64,000 bases of DNA from Solirubrobacteraceae bacterium (GTDB lineage Bacteria > Actinomycetota > Thermoleophilia > Solirubrobacterales > Solirubrobacteraceae), in the NCBI GenBank assembly GCA_049512215.1, contig JBEKXJ010000024.1, positions 10,417 through 74,416 on the forward strand. The letters run 5' to 3'. Every line of letters begins with the position of its first letter. The first letter of the stretch is position 1. Shown here piece after piece: positions 6,806-16,772 of this stretch. The notes below the pieces were generated by a model. That model had not been told where the DNA came from. It made no database searches and saw only the letters and a list, made by a program, of their open reading frames with translations. The translations under genes and the position numbers were made by a program.

Positions 6806-8650
6806 ATGGCGTCCACTTCCGAGGTGGCCGTGACCGCGCCCTTCGCAGGCGTCGTGGTCACGGTTGCCCAGAAAGCCGAAGAGCGGGTGGGTGCGGGCAC
6901 GGCGATGATCGTGCTCGAAGCGATGAAGATGGAGCACGAGATCCTCGCGCAGATCGACGCTGTTGTGCGCCGTGTCGAGGTCACCGTGGGCGACGCGGTG
7001 GCGGAGGGCCAGCTGCTGCTCGTGCTGGCGCCGGCGTCCGGCGCCGATGCCCGCTCCAGCGCGGAGGCCGGTAGCTCAACCTCACCGGCCCAGGCGCAGC
7101 GAACGGGCGCCTTGCGCGCGGACCTGCTCGAAGTTCGCGCCCGCCACGAGATCGGCTTGGACGCGGCAAGGCCGGACGCCGTTGCGCGACGCCGCGAGCG
7201 CGGCCAGCGGACTGCACGCGAGAACGTCGCCGACCTCGTGGACGAGGGCACCTTCGTCGAGTACGCCCCCCTGGTCTTCGCCGCCCAGGAGCGGCGCCGC
7301 GCGCGCGAGGAGCTGATCGAGCGCACCCCGGCGGACGGGCTCATCGCCGGGGTCGGCGAGGTGGACGGCCGGCCATGTGTGGCCATGTCATACGACTACA
7401 CCGTGCTGGCGGGAACCCAGGGCATGCGCAACCATCTCAAGAAGGACCGCCTGTTCGAGATCGCCGAGCGGCGAAGGCTCCCCGTGGTGCTGTTCGCGGA
7501 GGGTGGCGGCGGACGGCCCGGCGACGTCGACGCACCGGTCGTGGCCGGCCTTGACTGCCGCGCCTTTAACCTCTTCGCGCGGCTCAGCGGCCTCGTTCCG
7601 CTCGTCGGGATCGCCTCCGGCTACTGCTTCGCTGGCAATGCCGCGCTGCTCGGATGCTGCGACGTCGTGATCGCGACCGAGGACTCGAGCATCGGCATGG
7701 GTGGCCCGGCGATGATCGAGGGGGGCGGGCTGGGTGTACACGAGCCCGAGGAGGTCGGGCCGATCGATGTGCAGGACGCAAACGGAGTGGTCGACCTGCG
7801 CGTCGGCGGTGAGCACGAGGCCGTCGCACAGGCCAAGCGCTACCTGTCCTACTTCCACGGACCCTGCCAGGCGGGCAGCGTGCCCGATCAGCGCCTCCTG
7901 CGCGAGCTGATCCCCGAGCAGCGCAAGCGAATCTACGACGTGCGTCGAATCGTCGAGACGCTGTTCGATCAGGACTCCGTGCTCGAGCTGCGGCACGGCT
8001 TCGGGCCGGGCATGGTGACCGCTCTGGCACGCCTCGACGGGCGGCCCCTAGGTCTGGTCGCGAACGATCCGAGTCACCTCGGGGGCGCGATCGACGCGGA
8101 TGGCGCCGACAAGGCCGCGCGCTTCCTGGCGCTCTGCGACACGTTCGAGCTCCCCGTGCTGTTTCTCTGCGACACGCCGGGCTTCATGGTCGGGCCGGCC
8201 GCCGAGCGCGACGCGACGGTTCGTCACTTCGCGCGAATGTTTCTCACCGGTGCGAACCTGACCGTGGCTTTCGGGACAATCGTGCTGCGCAAGGGCTACG
8301 GGCTGGGAGCTCAGGCGATGGCCGGCGGGGGCTTCAAGGCGCCCTTGTTCACGATCGCATGGCCGACCTCGGAGTTCGGTGGCATGAACCTCGAGGGCGC
8401 CGTGCGCCTGGGCATGCGGCGCGAACTCGAGGCGATCGAGGACCTGGAGGAGCGCGAGCGGGTCTTCCAGGCGGCTGTGGAGGGCGCCTATGAGCACGGC
8501 CGCGGGCTGAACATGGCTGCCTATGGCGAGATCGACGACGTGATCGATCCCGTCGACTCCCGCCGCTGGATAGCCACCCTCTTCGGCGAGAGCACCCCTG
8601 ACTGGCGGCTGCGTGCCGGCAAGAAGCGCCCATACCTCGACGCCTGGTGA
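6806..8650 (+). CDS. biotin carboxyl carrier domain fused to an acyl-CoA carboxyltransferase domain
   Basis: Start at ATG 6806 (MASTSEVAVTAPFAG...).
- N-terminal ~75-aa biotinyl domain with EAMKME (Lys codon 6926-6928).
- Ala/Ser linker.
- Carboxyltransferase domain (TARENVADLVDEGTF, YDYTVLAGTQG, LFAEGGGGRPGD, VANDPSHLGGAID, GYGLGAQAMAGG).

The first 322 codons of the 936-aa ORF are antisense to the UDG gene and are rejected. Confidence 0.85.
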   Translation: MASTSEVAVTAPFAGVVVTVAQKAEERVGAGTAMIVLEAMKMEHEILAQIDAVVRRVEVTVGDAVAEGQLLLVLAPASGADARSSAEAGSSTSPAQAQRTGALRADLLEVRARHEIGLDAARPDAVARRRERGQRTARENVADLVDEGTFVEYAPLVFAAQERRRAREELIERTPADGLIAGVGEVDGRPCVAMSYDYTVLAGTQGMRNHLKKDRLFEIAERRRLPVVLFAEGGGGRPGDVDAPVVAGLDCRAFNLFARLSGLVPLVGIASGYCFAGNAALLGCCDVVIATEDSSIGMGGPAMIEGGGLGVHEPEEVGPIDVQDANGVVDLRVGGEHEAVAQAKRYLSYFHGPCQAGSVPDQRLLRELIPEQRKRIYDVRRIVETLFDQDSVLELRHGFGPGMVTALARLDGRPLGLVANDPSHLGGAIDADGADKAARFLALCDTFELPVLFLCDTPGFMVGPAAERDATVRHFARMFLTGANLTVAFGTIVLRKGYGLGAQAMAGGGFKAPLFTIAWPTSEFGGMNLEGAVRLGMRRELEAIEDLEERERVFQAAVEGAYEHGRGLNMAAYGEIDDVIDPVDSRRWIATLFGESTPDWRLRAGKKRPYLDAW

Positions 8651-8858
8651 ACCCCCGAATGGCGATCTGTGCATATGAGCACACAGCCTCCCCGCGCTTC
8701 CGGGGACCCGCAAACGGTTGTATGATCATTGACTGAGGGCCGTCATCGACCTGCTCGGGATGGACCCCCACGCATCATCCGTTTTGACAGCTGCTCGCGC
8801 CGGTATCCACAGGAACTGGACCGAAATCGATGAACCCCGACCGATCCTCGCTCAGCGC

Positions 8859-9764
8859 ATGATCACCGTGCGCACGGTCGCTGAGCTGCGCGCGGCGCTC
8901 GCGCCCGCGAGGCGCGAGCGACTGACGATCGGCCTGGTCCCGACGATGGGAGCCCTGCACGAGGGCCATCTCTCGCTGATCCGCGGGGCGCGCACAGAGT
9001 GCGATCGGGTCGTCGTCTCGCTGTTCGTCAACCCGGCCCAGTTCCACGAGACTGCCGATCTCGAGCACTACCCGCGCCGCGAGGAGCAAGACGCCGCCCT
9101 GGCCGCCGAGACCGGCGCCGACGTGCTCTTCGCGCCGTCGGTCGAGGAGGTCTACCCGCGCGGCTTCGCGACGGCCGTAGAGGTGTACGGGCTCACCGAC
9201 AGGCTCGAGGGCGCGGCCCGCGGTCCCGAGCACTTCCGGGGCGTCACGACGGTGGTGAGCAAGCTGCTCTGCATGGCGATGCCCGACGTCGCCTACTTCG
9301 GCCAGAAGGACGCCCAGCAGGTCCTCGTCATCCGGCGTCTGGTCGAGGACCTGAACCTGCCGGTTCGGATCGAGGCGCGAGCGACCGTGCGCGAGCCCGA
9401 TGGACTCGCGATGTCCAGCCGCAACGTCCTGCTGAGCGCGCGTGAGCGCAAGGCCGCGCTGGCGCTGCCCGCGGCGCTCGATGCCGCGCGCGAGTACGCC
9501 GCGGGCGGCGAGCGCTCCGCCGAACTGCTGCTTCAGGCGGCGCGCACCGCGATGATCGGCTTCGGCGTGGAGCCCGAATACCTGACACTCGTCGATCCCG
9601 ACACGCTCGAGCCCGTCGAGACGCTTGCGCATGAGGCCCTGCTGGCGCTCGCCGCACGCATCGGCGAGGTTCGCCTCATCGACAACGCGCTCCTGCTTGC
9701 GGCCACGGAGCCTCTGAGCAACCAACGGTTTGACGGGGAGGCGGCCACCGCATGCAGCGTGTGA
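8859..9764 (+). CDS. panC: pantoate--beta-alanine ligase
   Basis: [14 protein letters not shown] start, [14 protein letters not shown] (HIGH-type motif), [13 protein letters not shown]. Confidence 0.92.
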
Positions 9765-10135
9765 TGCTGAAGTCGAAGATCCACCGGGCGACGGTGACCG
9801 ATTGTGACCTGCATTACGTTGGGTCGATTACGATCGACAGCGAGCTCCTGCGTGCCGCCGACATCCTCGAGCATGAGCAGGTCCAAGTGCTCGACGTCGA
9901 CAACGGCGCTCGTTTCGAGACCTACACGATCGCCGGCGAGCCGGCTTCGGGAACGATGCAGGTCAACGGCGCCGCGGCCCGCCTCGTTCAGCGGGGGGAC
10001 ACGATCATCGTGATCTCCTACGGCCACTATGAGCAGGCCGAGCTGGAGCACTACGAGCCGCGCGTGGTCCACGTCGAGGCTCTCACCAATCGCATCGTCA
10101 CGATCGACGAGGAGGTGGCGACCCTGCTCTCCTAG
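9752..10135 (+). CDS. panD: aspartate 1-decarboxylase
   Basis: [12 protein letters not shown], self-processing site YVGSITID. 127 aa. 13-nt overlap with panC. Confidence 0.92.
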
Positions 10136-10175
10136 CGGAGCGGGGCGTCAACCGACTTCTTCAGAGAGGAGCACC

Positions 10176-11063
10176 ATGTCGAGCCAACCCCATATCCAGG
10201 CACCCTCCGACCCCGGGCGCCTGCCGATGACCTTGCCGCTGCTGATGGAGAAGAAGCGGCTCGGCGAGCCGATCGTGATGGTCACCGCCTACGACTATCC
10301 GAGCGCCCGCGCCGCCGAGGCCGCCGGGGTCGACCTCGTGCTCGTCGGCGACTCGGCCGCCACCACCGTGCTCGGCTACAACGCGACGACACCCGTCGGG
10401 CTCGACGACATGCTGGTTCTCGCTCGCGCCGTGCGCCGCGGTCTGCACACGCCCCTGCTCATCGGCGACCTTCCGTTCGGCTCTTATGAGGTATCAGACG
10501 AGCAGGCGATCCTCACCGCCATACGCATGGTCAAGGAAGCCGGTTGCGAGATGGTGAAGCTCGAGGGTGGCGGGGAGGCATCGGTGCACCGTGCGCGCGC
10601 GATCATCGGCGCAGGCATCCCGGTGATGGGACATGTGGGCCTCACGCCCCAGACGTCGACCGCCCTCGGCGGCTGGAAGGCTCAGGGTCGTACCGCGCAT
10701 GCGGCGGCGCGGATCGCTGCCGAAGCGCTCGCCCTGCAGCAAGCGGGTTGCTTCGCGATCGTCTTCGAGGCGATCCCGAGCGCGGTCACCGAGGAGCTGA
10801 TGGGACATCTGGAGATTCCCGTGATCGGGATCGGCGCCGGCCCAGCAACCGACGGTCAGGTGCTCGTCTTCCACGATCTTCTCGGCATCCGCGATGGCCT
10901 CGGCCCGCGCTTCGTCAAGCGCTACGCGAACCTCCAGCGGGAGATGAACGAGGGAGTCGCCGCCTACGCCGAGGATGTCCGCTCGCGCCGCTACCCCGGC
11001 CCAGAGCACACCTACTCGATCGATCCCGGCGAGCTGGCCGAGTTGCAGGCGCGTCTGGCCTAG
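10176..11063 (+). CDS. panB: 3-methyl-2-oxobutanoate hydroxymethyltransferase
   Basis: ATG preceded by AGAGAGGA. VMVTAYDYPSA, LVGDS, VKLEGG, GHVGLTPQ motifs. Confidence 0.9.
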   Translation: MSSQPHIQAPSDPGRLPMTLPLLMEKKRLGEPIVMVTAYDYPSARAAEAAGVDLVLVGDSAATTVLGYNATTPVGLDDMLVLARAVRRGLHTPLLIGDLPFGSYEVSDEQAILTAIRMVKEAGCEMVKLEGGGEASVHRARAIIGAGIPVMGHVGLTPQTSTALGGWKAQGRTAHAAARIAAEALALQQAGCFAIVFEAIPSAVTEELMGHLEIPVIGIGAGPATDGQVLVFHDLLGIRDGLGPRFVKRYANLQREMNEGVAAYAEDVRSRRYPGPEHTYSIDPGELAELQARLA

Positions 11064-11731
11064 TCGCCCCCCGGGAAGGCCTCTCCATAGCGCTCGCAGA
11101 ACGCGAACTCCTCGACCGGACGCCGCGACAGGCGCGCCGGCCAGGGCTCGGCGCGCCTGCCGACGAGCACATACGCGGCGAGCGCGACGTCCTGCGGGAT
11201 CGCGAGCAGACGCTTGACCTCCGGCTCGGCGGGCGTCAGCAGCGTCGTGAGGGCGGCACCGAGGCCCTCCGCGCGCAGCCCCAGCAGGATGTTCTGGACG
11301 AACGGATAGATCGATGCGCCGGCGACGATGCTCGGGCGTCCCAGCCCGGTGTCGACGATCGCGAGCTCGGTCAGGCGCACGCAGACGAGCAAGTGCAGGG
11401 GCACCTCGTGCAGGCGCTCGGCGAACTCGTCAGCGCGCCGCAGCATCCGCACGCGCGTCGGGTCGGAGGCGCCCGGGGCCGCGAGGATCGCGCCGCCGCC
11501 GGTGCGCTCCATGTAGTCGCGCCAGTGCGGTAGGTAGAGGTCACGCAGCGCTCGCCGTGTCTCAGCGCGCTCGATCGCGATCACACGCCAGCCCTGGCGG
11601 TTGCCGCCGCTGGGCGCGAAGCGCGCGTTCTCGAGCACCCGGCGCAGGGCCCCGTGCGGGACCCGCTCGGGGCTGAAGCGCCGGGTCGTGGGAGCGTTGC
11701 GGATTGCTTCATAGAGCTCCACAGCGGCCAC
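11060..11731 (-). CDS. nitroreductase family protein
   Basis: N-terminal RRFSPERVP ... ARFAPSGGNRQGW pattern typical of the nitroreductase fold. 223 aa. Confidence 0.75.
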   Translation of the reverse strand: MAAVELYEAIRNAPTTRRFSPERVPHGALRRVLENARFAPSGGNRQGWRVIAIERAETRRALRDLYLPHWRDYMERTGGGAILAAPGASDPTRVRMLRRADEFAERLHEVPLHLLVCVRLTELAIVDTGLGRPSIVAGASIYPFVQNILLGLRAEGLGAALTTLLTPAEPEVKRLLAIPQDVALAAYVLVGRRAEPWPARLSRRPVEEFAFCERYGEAFPGGD

Positions 11732-11732
11732 C

Positions 11733-12362
11733 CTAGCGGTACTCGACCCGCCTGATCACCCTGGCGGGAAGGCCGGCTGCGATCGAGAACGGCTCCAGAT
11801 CGCCCGTCACGACGCTGTTCGCCCCTATCACGCAGCGCTCGCCGATCGTCACTCCGCTCGTGACGACCACGTTCGCTCCGAGCCAGCAGTTCTCTGCGAT
11901 CCGCGTCGGCCCCTTGCTCTCGAAACCCTGCCACGTGATGGGCTTCACCGGATCGTCGTAGCGATGGTTTGCGTCCGTCACGAAGCACCCGTTCGCGAGC
12001 ATGCAGTTCGCGCCTATCTCCACGAGCCGCTCGGCGGCGACCATCACGCCGAGGTTCAGGAACGTGCCCGCGCCGATGCGCACGCGCGCGGCTCCAGGGG
12101 CGGTGATCCACACGCCCGGCTCGAGCAGGGCCCCCGATCCGACCTCCAGGCGCCCCTCGCGTAGCGCCTCGAGCACGTTGCCGTGCACCGGCCAGCGCAC
12201 GAAAGCATCACGGCGCAGGAACTCCCAGTGGATCCGCGCGCGGTTCCAGGGCAGCGAGTTGCGCTCATACCAGCGCCACTTCTGCGACCACAAGCGAGCC
12301 TGGCGTGCAAGCTCCCGCGCCTCGTCGATCGCCTTGTCCCTCGCGCCTGAGCGCCGATTCAC
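11733..12362 (-). CDS. hexapeptide-repeat acyl/acetyltransferase (LbH fold)
   Basis: C-terminal left-handed beta-helix repeats ([44 protein letters not shown]). GTG start in a GTGA overlap with the uvrA stop. Confidence 0.75.
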
Positions 12363-15343
12363 GCGGCGACCTTGGGCCGCCGTTTGCGTTGGCTGGCCCT
12401 GGGCTTCGCGCCGTTGGGCTTCGCTGTCTGAGCAAAGATTTCCGCCAGGAAGTGCCCGGTGTGAGAGGCGGGCTCCGAGGCGACCTCCTCGGGGGTGCCG
12501 ACCGCGATCGCCATCCCCCCCTCCTCGCCCCCCTCGGGACCCATGTCTATGAGCCGGTCTGCGGACTTGATGATGTCGAGGTTGTGCTCGATCACGACCA
12601 CGCTGTTACCGGCGTCCACGAGCCGCTGCAACACCTCGAGCAGGCGCTGCACGTCGGCGAAGTGGAGCCCGGTCGTCGGCTCGTCGAGTATGTAGAGCGT
12701 CCTTCCCGTGGCGATCTTCGAGAGCTCTGTCGCGAGCTTCACGCGCTGGGCCTCCCCGCCGGAGAGCGTCGTCGCGGGCTGGCCGAGTCGCACGTAGCCG
12801 AGCCCGACCGCATCGAGGGTCTCCAGACGCCGGCGGACCTTGGGGATGTGCTCAAAGAAGCTCAGAGCCTCCTCGACGGGCATGTCGAGCACATCGGCGA
12901 TGCTCTTGCCCTTGAAGCGAACTTCCAGCGTCTCGCGGTTGTAGCGCTTGCCATGACACTGCTCGCATGGCACGTAGACATCGGGCAGGAAATGCATCTC
13001 GATCTTGATCTGACCATCCCCGCGGCAGACCTCGCAGCGTCCCCCCTTCACGTTGAAGCTGAACCGCCCGGGCTTGTAACCTCGGGCACGCGCCTCCTGG
13101 GTCTTTGAGAAGAGATCGCGGATCACGTCGAACAGGCCCGTGTAGGTGGCGGGGTTCGACCGCGGCGTGCGCCCGATCGGAGACTGGTCGACCGCGATGA
13201 TCTTGTCCAGCTGCTCCAGGCCATGGACGGCGCGGTGGGCGCCGGGACGCTTGCGCGCGCGATGCAGCCGGTTCGCCACCGCCTTGAACAGCACGTCGTT
13301 CACGAGTGTCGACTTGCCCGACCCGGACACCCCGGTCACGCAGGCGAGGACCCCGAGGGGAACATGCAAGTCGATGTCGCGCAGGTTGTGCTCGCTCGCG
13401 CCGAGGATCTCGACGTAGCCGCTCGGGGTGCGCCGGCGCCCTGGGGTCTCGATCGTGCGCGCGCCCGAGAGGAACTGCCCCGTCAGCGACTCCTCGACCC
13501 GCTGCACCTCTGCTGCGGTTCCCTGAGCCACGATCCGACCGCCGTGCTCGCCCGCCCCGGGGCCGAGGTCGACGAGGTGGTCGGCGGCCCTCATCGTCTG
13601 CTCGTCGTGCTCGACCACGATCACCGTGTTACCGAGATCACGCAACCGCTCCAGGGTCCCGATCAGCTTGGAGTTGTCGCGCTGGTGCAGCCCGATCGAG
13701 GGCTCGTCCAGTATGTAGAGCACGCCCACCAGCGAAGAGCCAATCTGTGTCGCCAACCGGATCCGCTGGGCCTCGCCGCCGGAGAGGGTCGCGGCTGCCC
13801 GATCCATCGACAGGTAGCCGATACCGACGTTCTCAAGGAAGCGCAGACGCTCTGATATCTCGCGCAGGATCAGCCTCGCGACGTGCCGGTCGGTCTCTGG
13901 GAGCTCAACCTGCTCGAGCCAGTCGAGCGCCCGCCGCGCCGAAATGGCGCAGAAGTCCTCGATCCGCGTCCCCCCAACGAGCACCGCGCGGGACTCGGCG
14001 CGTAACCGCGCCCCGCCGCAAACCGGGCAGGCCCGCAGCGACATGAACTCCTCAATCTTCTCACGCGTCCACTCCGAATCGGTCTCCCTGTAGCGACGCT
14101 GAAGGTTCTTCACGATCCCCTCGAACCTCGTCGCATAGGAGCGCCGCCGCCCGTAGCGGTTACGGTAGGTGACCTGCACCGGCTCGCCGTTCGTTCCCTC
14201 CAGGAACAGGCTCCGCTGCTCCTCGGGCAGTTCCTCCCAGGAGGCTTCCAGGTCCACGCCGTAGCGCTCGGCAATCGCCTCGGTGACCTGCTCGTAGTAG
14301 TTAGAGGTGCTGTTCGCCCAGGGTGCGAGCGCCCCTTCAGCGATCGACAGCGCCGGGTTGGGGACAACGAGCTCGGGATCGATCTCCATCTGCGAGCCCA
14401 GTCCCGTGCAGTGATCGCATGCTCCATGCGGCGAGTTGAACGAGAAGATCCTCGGCTCGAGCTCCACTAGCGAGGGCCCGTGCTCAGGACATGCGAAGCG
14501 CTCTGAGAAGGTGAACACGGTTCCCGGCTCCGGCGCGACCCCCGGGACGATCTGCACCGCGGCGGCGCGCACGCCCTTGGCGCCGGTGGCATGCGCGGGC
14601 TCGGGCTCGGCCCGTGACGAACGGACGATCTCGAGCTCGACGAGCCCGTCGGCGAGGCTGACCGCCGTCTCGATCGAGTCGGCGAGCCGCTTGCGGACGT
14701 CGTGGCGCATGATGAGCCGGTCGACCACGACCGAGATGTCGTGCTTGTAGCGCTTGTCGAGCACGATCGACTCCTCCAGCATCCGCACCCGATCGTCGAT
14801 CTTCACGCGCGCGAAGCCGTCGCTGCGGAGCTCCTCGAGTAGCTTGCCGTACTCGCCCTTGCGCCCACGCACCACCGGCGCGAGCACCATGAATCGTGTC
14901 CCCTCGGCCAGCTCCATCGCCTGGTCGATGATCTGCTCGGCAGACTGCCCCACGATCGGCCGGCCACAGATGGGGCAATGCGGCTTGCCCACCCGCGACC
15001 ACAGCAGTCGCAGGTAGTCGTAGATCTCGGTCACCGTGCCCACCGTCGAGCGGGGGTTCCGCGAAGTCGTCTTCTGGTCGATCGAGATCGCCGGCGACAG
15101 ACCCTCAATCGAGTCCACGTCGGGCTTGTCCATCTGCCCGAGGAACTGCCTGGCATAGGCCGAGAGCGACTCGACGTATCGACGCTGCCCCTCGGCGTAG
15201 ATCGTGTCGAACGCGAGCGAGCTCTTGCCCGAGCCGGACAGGCCGGTGATGACCACGAGCGCATCCCGCGGCAGCGACAGGGAGATGTCCTTGAGGTTGT
15301 GCTCTCGCGCGCCGGAGACGACTATCTGGTTGCCGGGAGGCAT
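12359..15343 (-). CDS. uvrA: excinuclease ABC subunit A
   Basis: Start at internal ATG ([18 protein letters not shown]). Two ABC modules ([23 protein letters not shown]; [11 protein letters not shown]; LSGGEAQR twice). CxxC zinc modules. Confidence 0.95.
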
Positions 15344-15361
15344 CCCGGCCCATTCTATGAC

Positions 15362-15379
15362 CACGAACAGATGTTCGTG
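15362..15379 (-). promoter_or_regulatory. LexA (SOS) box upstream of uvrA
   Basis: Perfect palindrome CACGAAC-AGAT-GTTCGTG. It matches the Gram-positive/actinobacterial CGAAC-N4-GTTCG consensus and lies 19-36 nt upstream of the uvrA ATG. Confidence 0.7.
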
Positions 15380-15526
15380 TGGGCTCGTCCCGTCGTCCTT
15401 GCCCGAGACTTGGGCGGGAGACGTTTCGGCGTGCCTGCCGGGGCCTCTGAACCTGCCGGGAGCCGGCTCGCGACGACCACCGTGACAGCCGCCCCGATCA
15501 GATGTGTCCCGTCGGGCACGCCGGGC

Positions 15527-15704
15527 GTGCGCCATTGCTATACGCGGCCGCCAGGCTCGATACACGTCCGGGTGCTCGCGTGCGCCATTGCTATACGCGG
15601 CCGCCAGACTCGATACAGGTCCGGGTGCTCGCGTGCGCCATTGCTATACGCCACCAGCCAGGCTCGATACAGGTCCGGGTGCTCGCGTGCGCCATTGCGA
15701 TACC
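15527..15704. repeat. 53/54-bp intergenic tandem repeat, 3 full copies plus a partial fourth (MIRU/VNTR-like)
   Basis: Unit GTGCGCCATTGCTATACGCGGCCGCCAGGCTCGATACACGTCCGGGTGCTCGC starts at 15527, 15580, 15633 and 15687. Copies differ by a few substitutions, and copy 3 replaces the NotI-like GCGGCCGC core. The whole unit repeats, so there are no unique spacers. Confidence 0.9.
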
Positions 15705-15847
15705 CCGCCTGCGCGCTCAACTAATCAGTTTGCATCGGCGTGAGCTGCTCGCGTCCGCGCACCGGCTCTTGAGCTTGCTCGCCGGCGGTTTCAATCAAAG
15801 CGAGCGGCGATCCCCGCAGGGCCGTGCGGGGCCGCCTCGGAGGCGGA

Positions 15848-16771
15848 TCAGCCCTCGATCGCGGCGTACACTTCGTCGATGAGCTTCTGCCTGTCGGTTA
15901 GCTTGAAGTTCTCGGCGAGATAGCGCTCGGCGTCGGCACGCGACTCGCCGTTGAGGGCCATGTTGAGCGCGATCAGGCGGGCGCCGTCGACATCGCCGTT
16001 CTCGGCGCCGGCCGGGGTTGTCTCGGAGGCCGGTGCAGCTGCGGCGTCGGGTCGCGGCGACCGAGCGCTCACAGCGGGGGCCGACGGCGCAGGTGCGAGC
16101 GTGGACCCAGGAACCTCGGTGAGCGCGGACACAGGCGCGGGCGCCGATTCAGGCGCGGGCGCCGATGCGGAGCGATCGGCCGGGAATGCCGGGCCGACGC
16201 TCGCGGACGCGCGGCCGGCACCAGCGTCATCCTGCGAAGGCGCCGGCTGTCGCTGCTCGGCGCTCTGCGCGCGTCCGGCGGCGGCGTCGTAGAGCTCGCC
16301 CATGTTTGCCTCGACCGCCGCCAGGTCGGTCGCCAGACGGGTTGCGCCGGCGCGCAGACTCTCCAGCAGCGCGTTCACCTCGCTGTCCATCGAGGCGACA
16401 CGCTCCAACAGCACCGAGGTCGCCTGGGCCACGGCGGCAACATACCCCTGGGCCTGCTTGACGGCGTCCTCGCGCGTGCGGGCGGCGTCGCGGGAGGCCT
16501 CCTCTCGCAGGTTGCTCGCGCTCTGGAGCGCCTGGCGCTCGATGTCGGCGGCCGCCGTCTCGGCGGCCGCGAGAATGCTCTGCACCTGCGTGCTCGCTGT
16601 GAACGCCAGGGAGGGTTCCGTCCCCGGCCCGCTCGCCGCACGCTGGAGCTCCTCGATCTCCGTGGCGAGCGCCCGCAGGTGGGCGTCCACGGCCGCGGGA
16701 TCATAGCCCCGCCGGCCGATGGGGAAGTCCCGCTTCTCGATGGCCTGGCGGTCGAGCTCCACGGCGGCCAT
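15848..16771 (-). CDS. DivIVA domain-containing protein
   Basis: Internal ATG (MAAVELDRQAIEKRDFPIGRRGYDPAAVDAHL, a DivIVA N-terminal motif). Coiled-coil middle, Ala/Pro/Ser-rich linker and a conserved-looking C-terminal helix bundle. Confidence 0.8.
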   Translation of the reverse strand: MAAVELDRQAIEKRDFPIGRRGYDPAAVDAHLRALATEIEELQRAASGPGTEPSLAFTASTQVQSILAAAETAAADIERQALQSASNLREEASRDAARTREDAVKQAQGYVAAVAQATSVLLERVASMDSEVNALLESLRAGATRLATDLAAVEANMGELYDAAAGRAQSAEQRQPAPSQDDAGAGRASASVGPAFPADRSASAPAPESAPAPVSALTEVPGSTLAPAPSAPAVSARSPRPDAAAAPASETTPAGAENGDVDGARLIALNMALNGESRADAERYLAENFKLTDRQKLIDEVYAAIEG

Positions 16772-16772
16772 C

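Noticed and set aside
15502-15882. Three overlapping ORFs through the 53-bp repeat (15502..15882+, 15504..15743+, 15538..15720-), and a possible CRISPR reading of the array
   Set aside because: The ORFs only translate the repeat unit in different frames, giving reiterated Arg/Ala/Cys-rich peptides. It is not a CRISPR array because the whole 53-bp unit repeats head-to-tail with no unique spacers, and there are no cas genes nearby.
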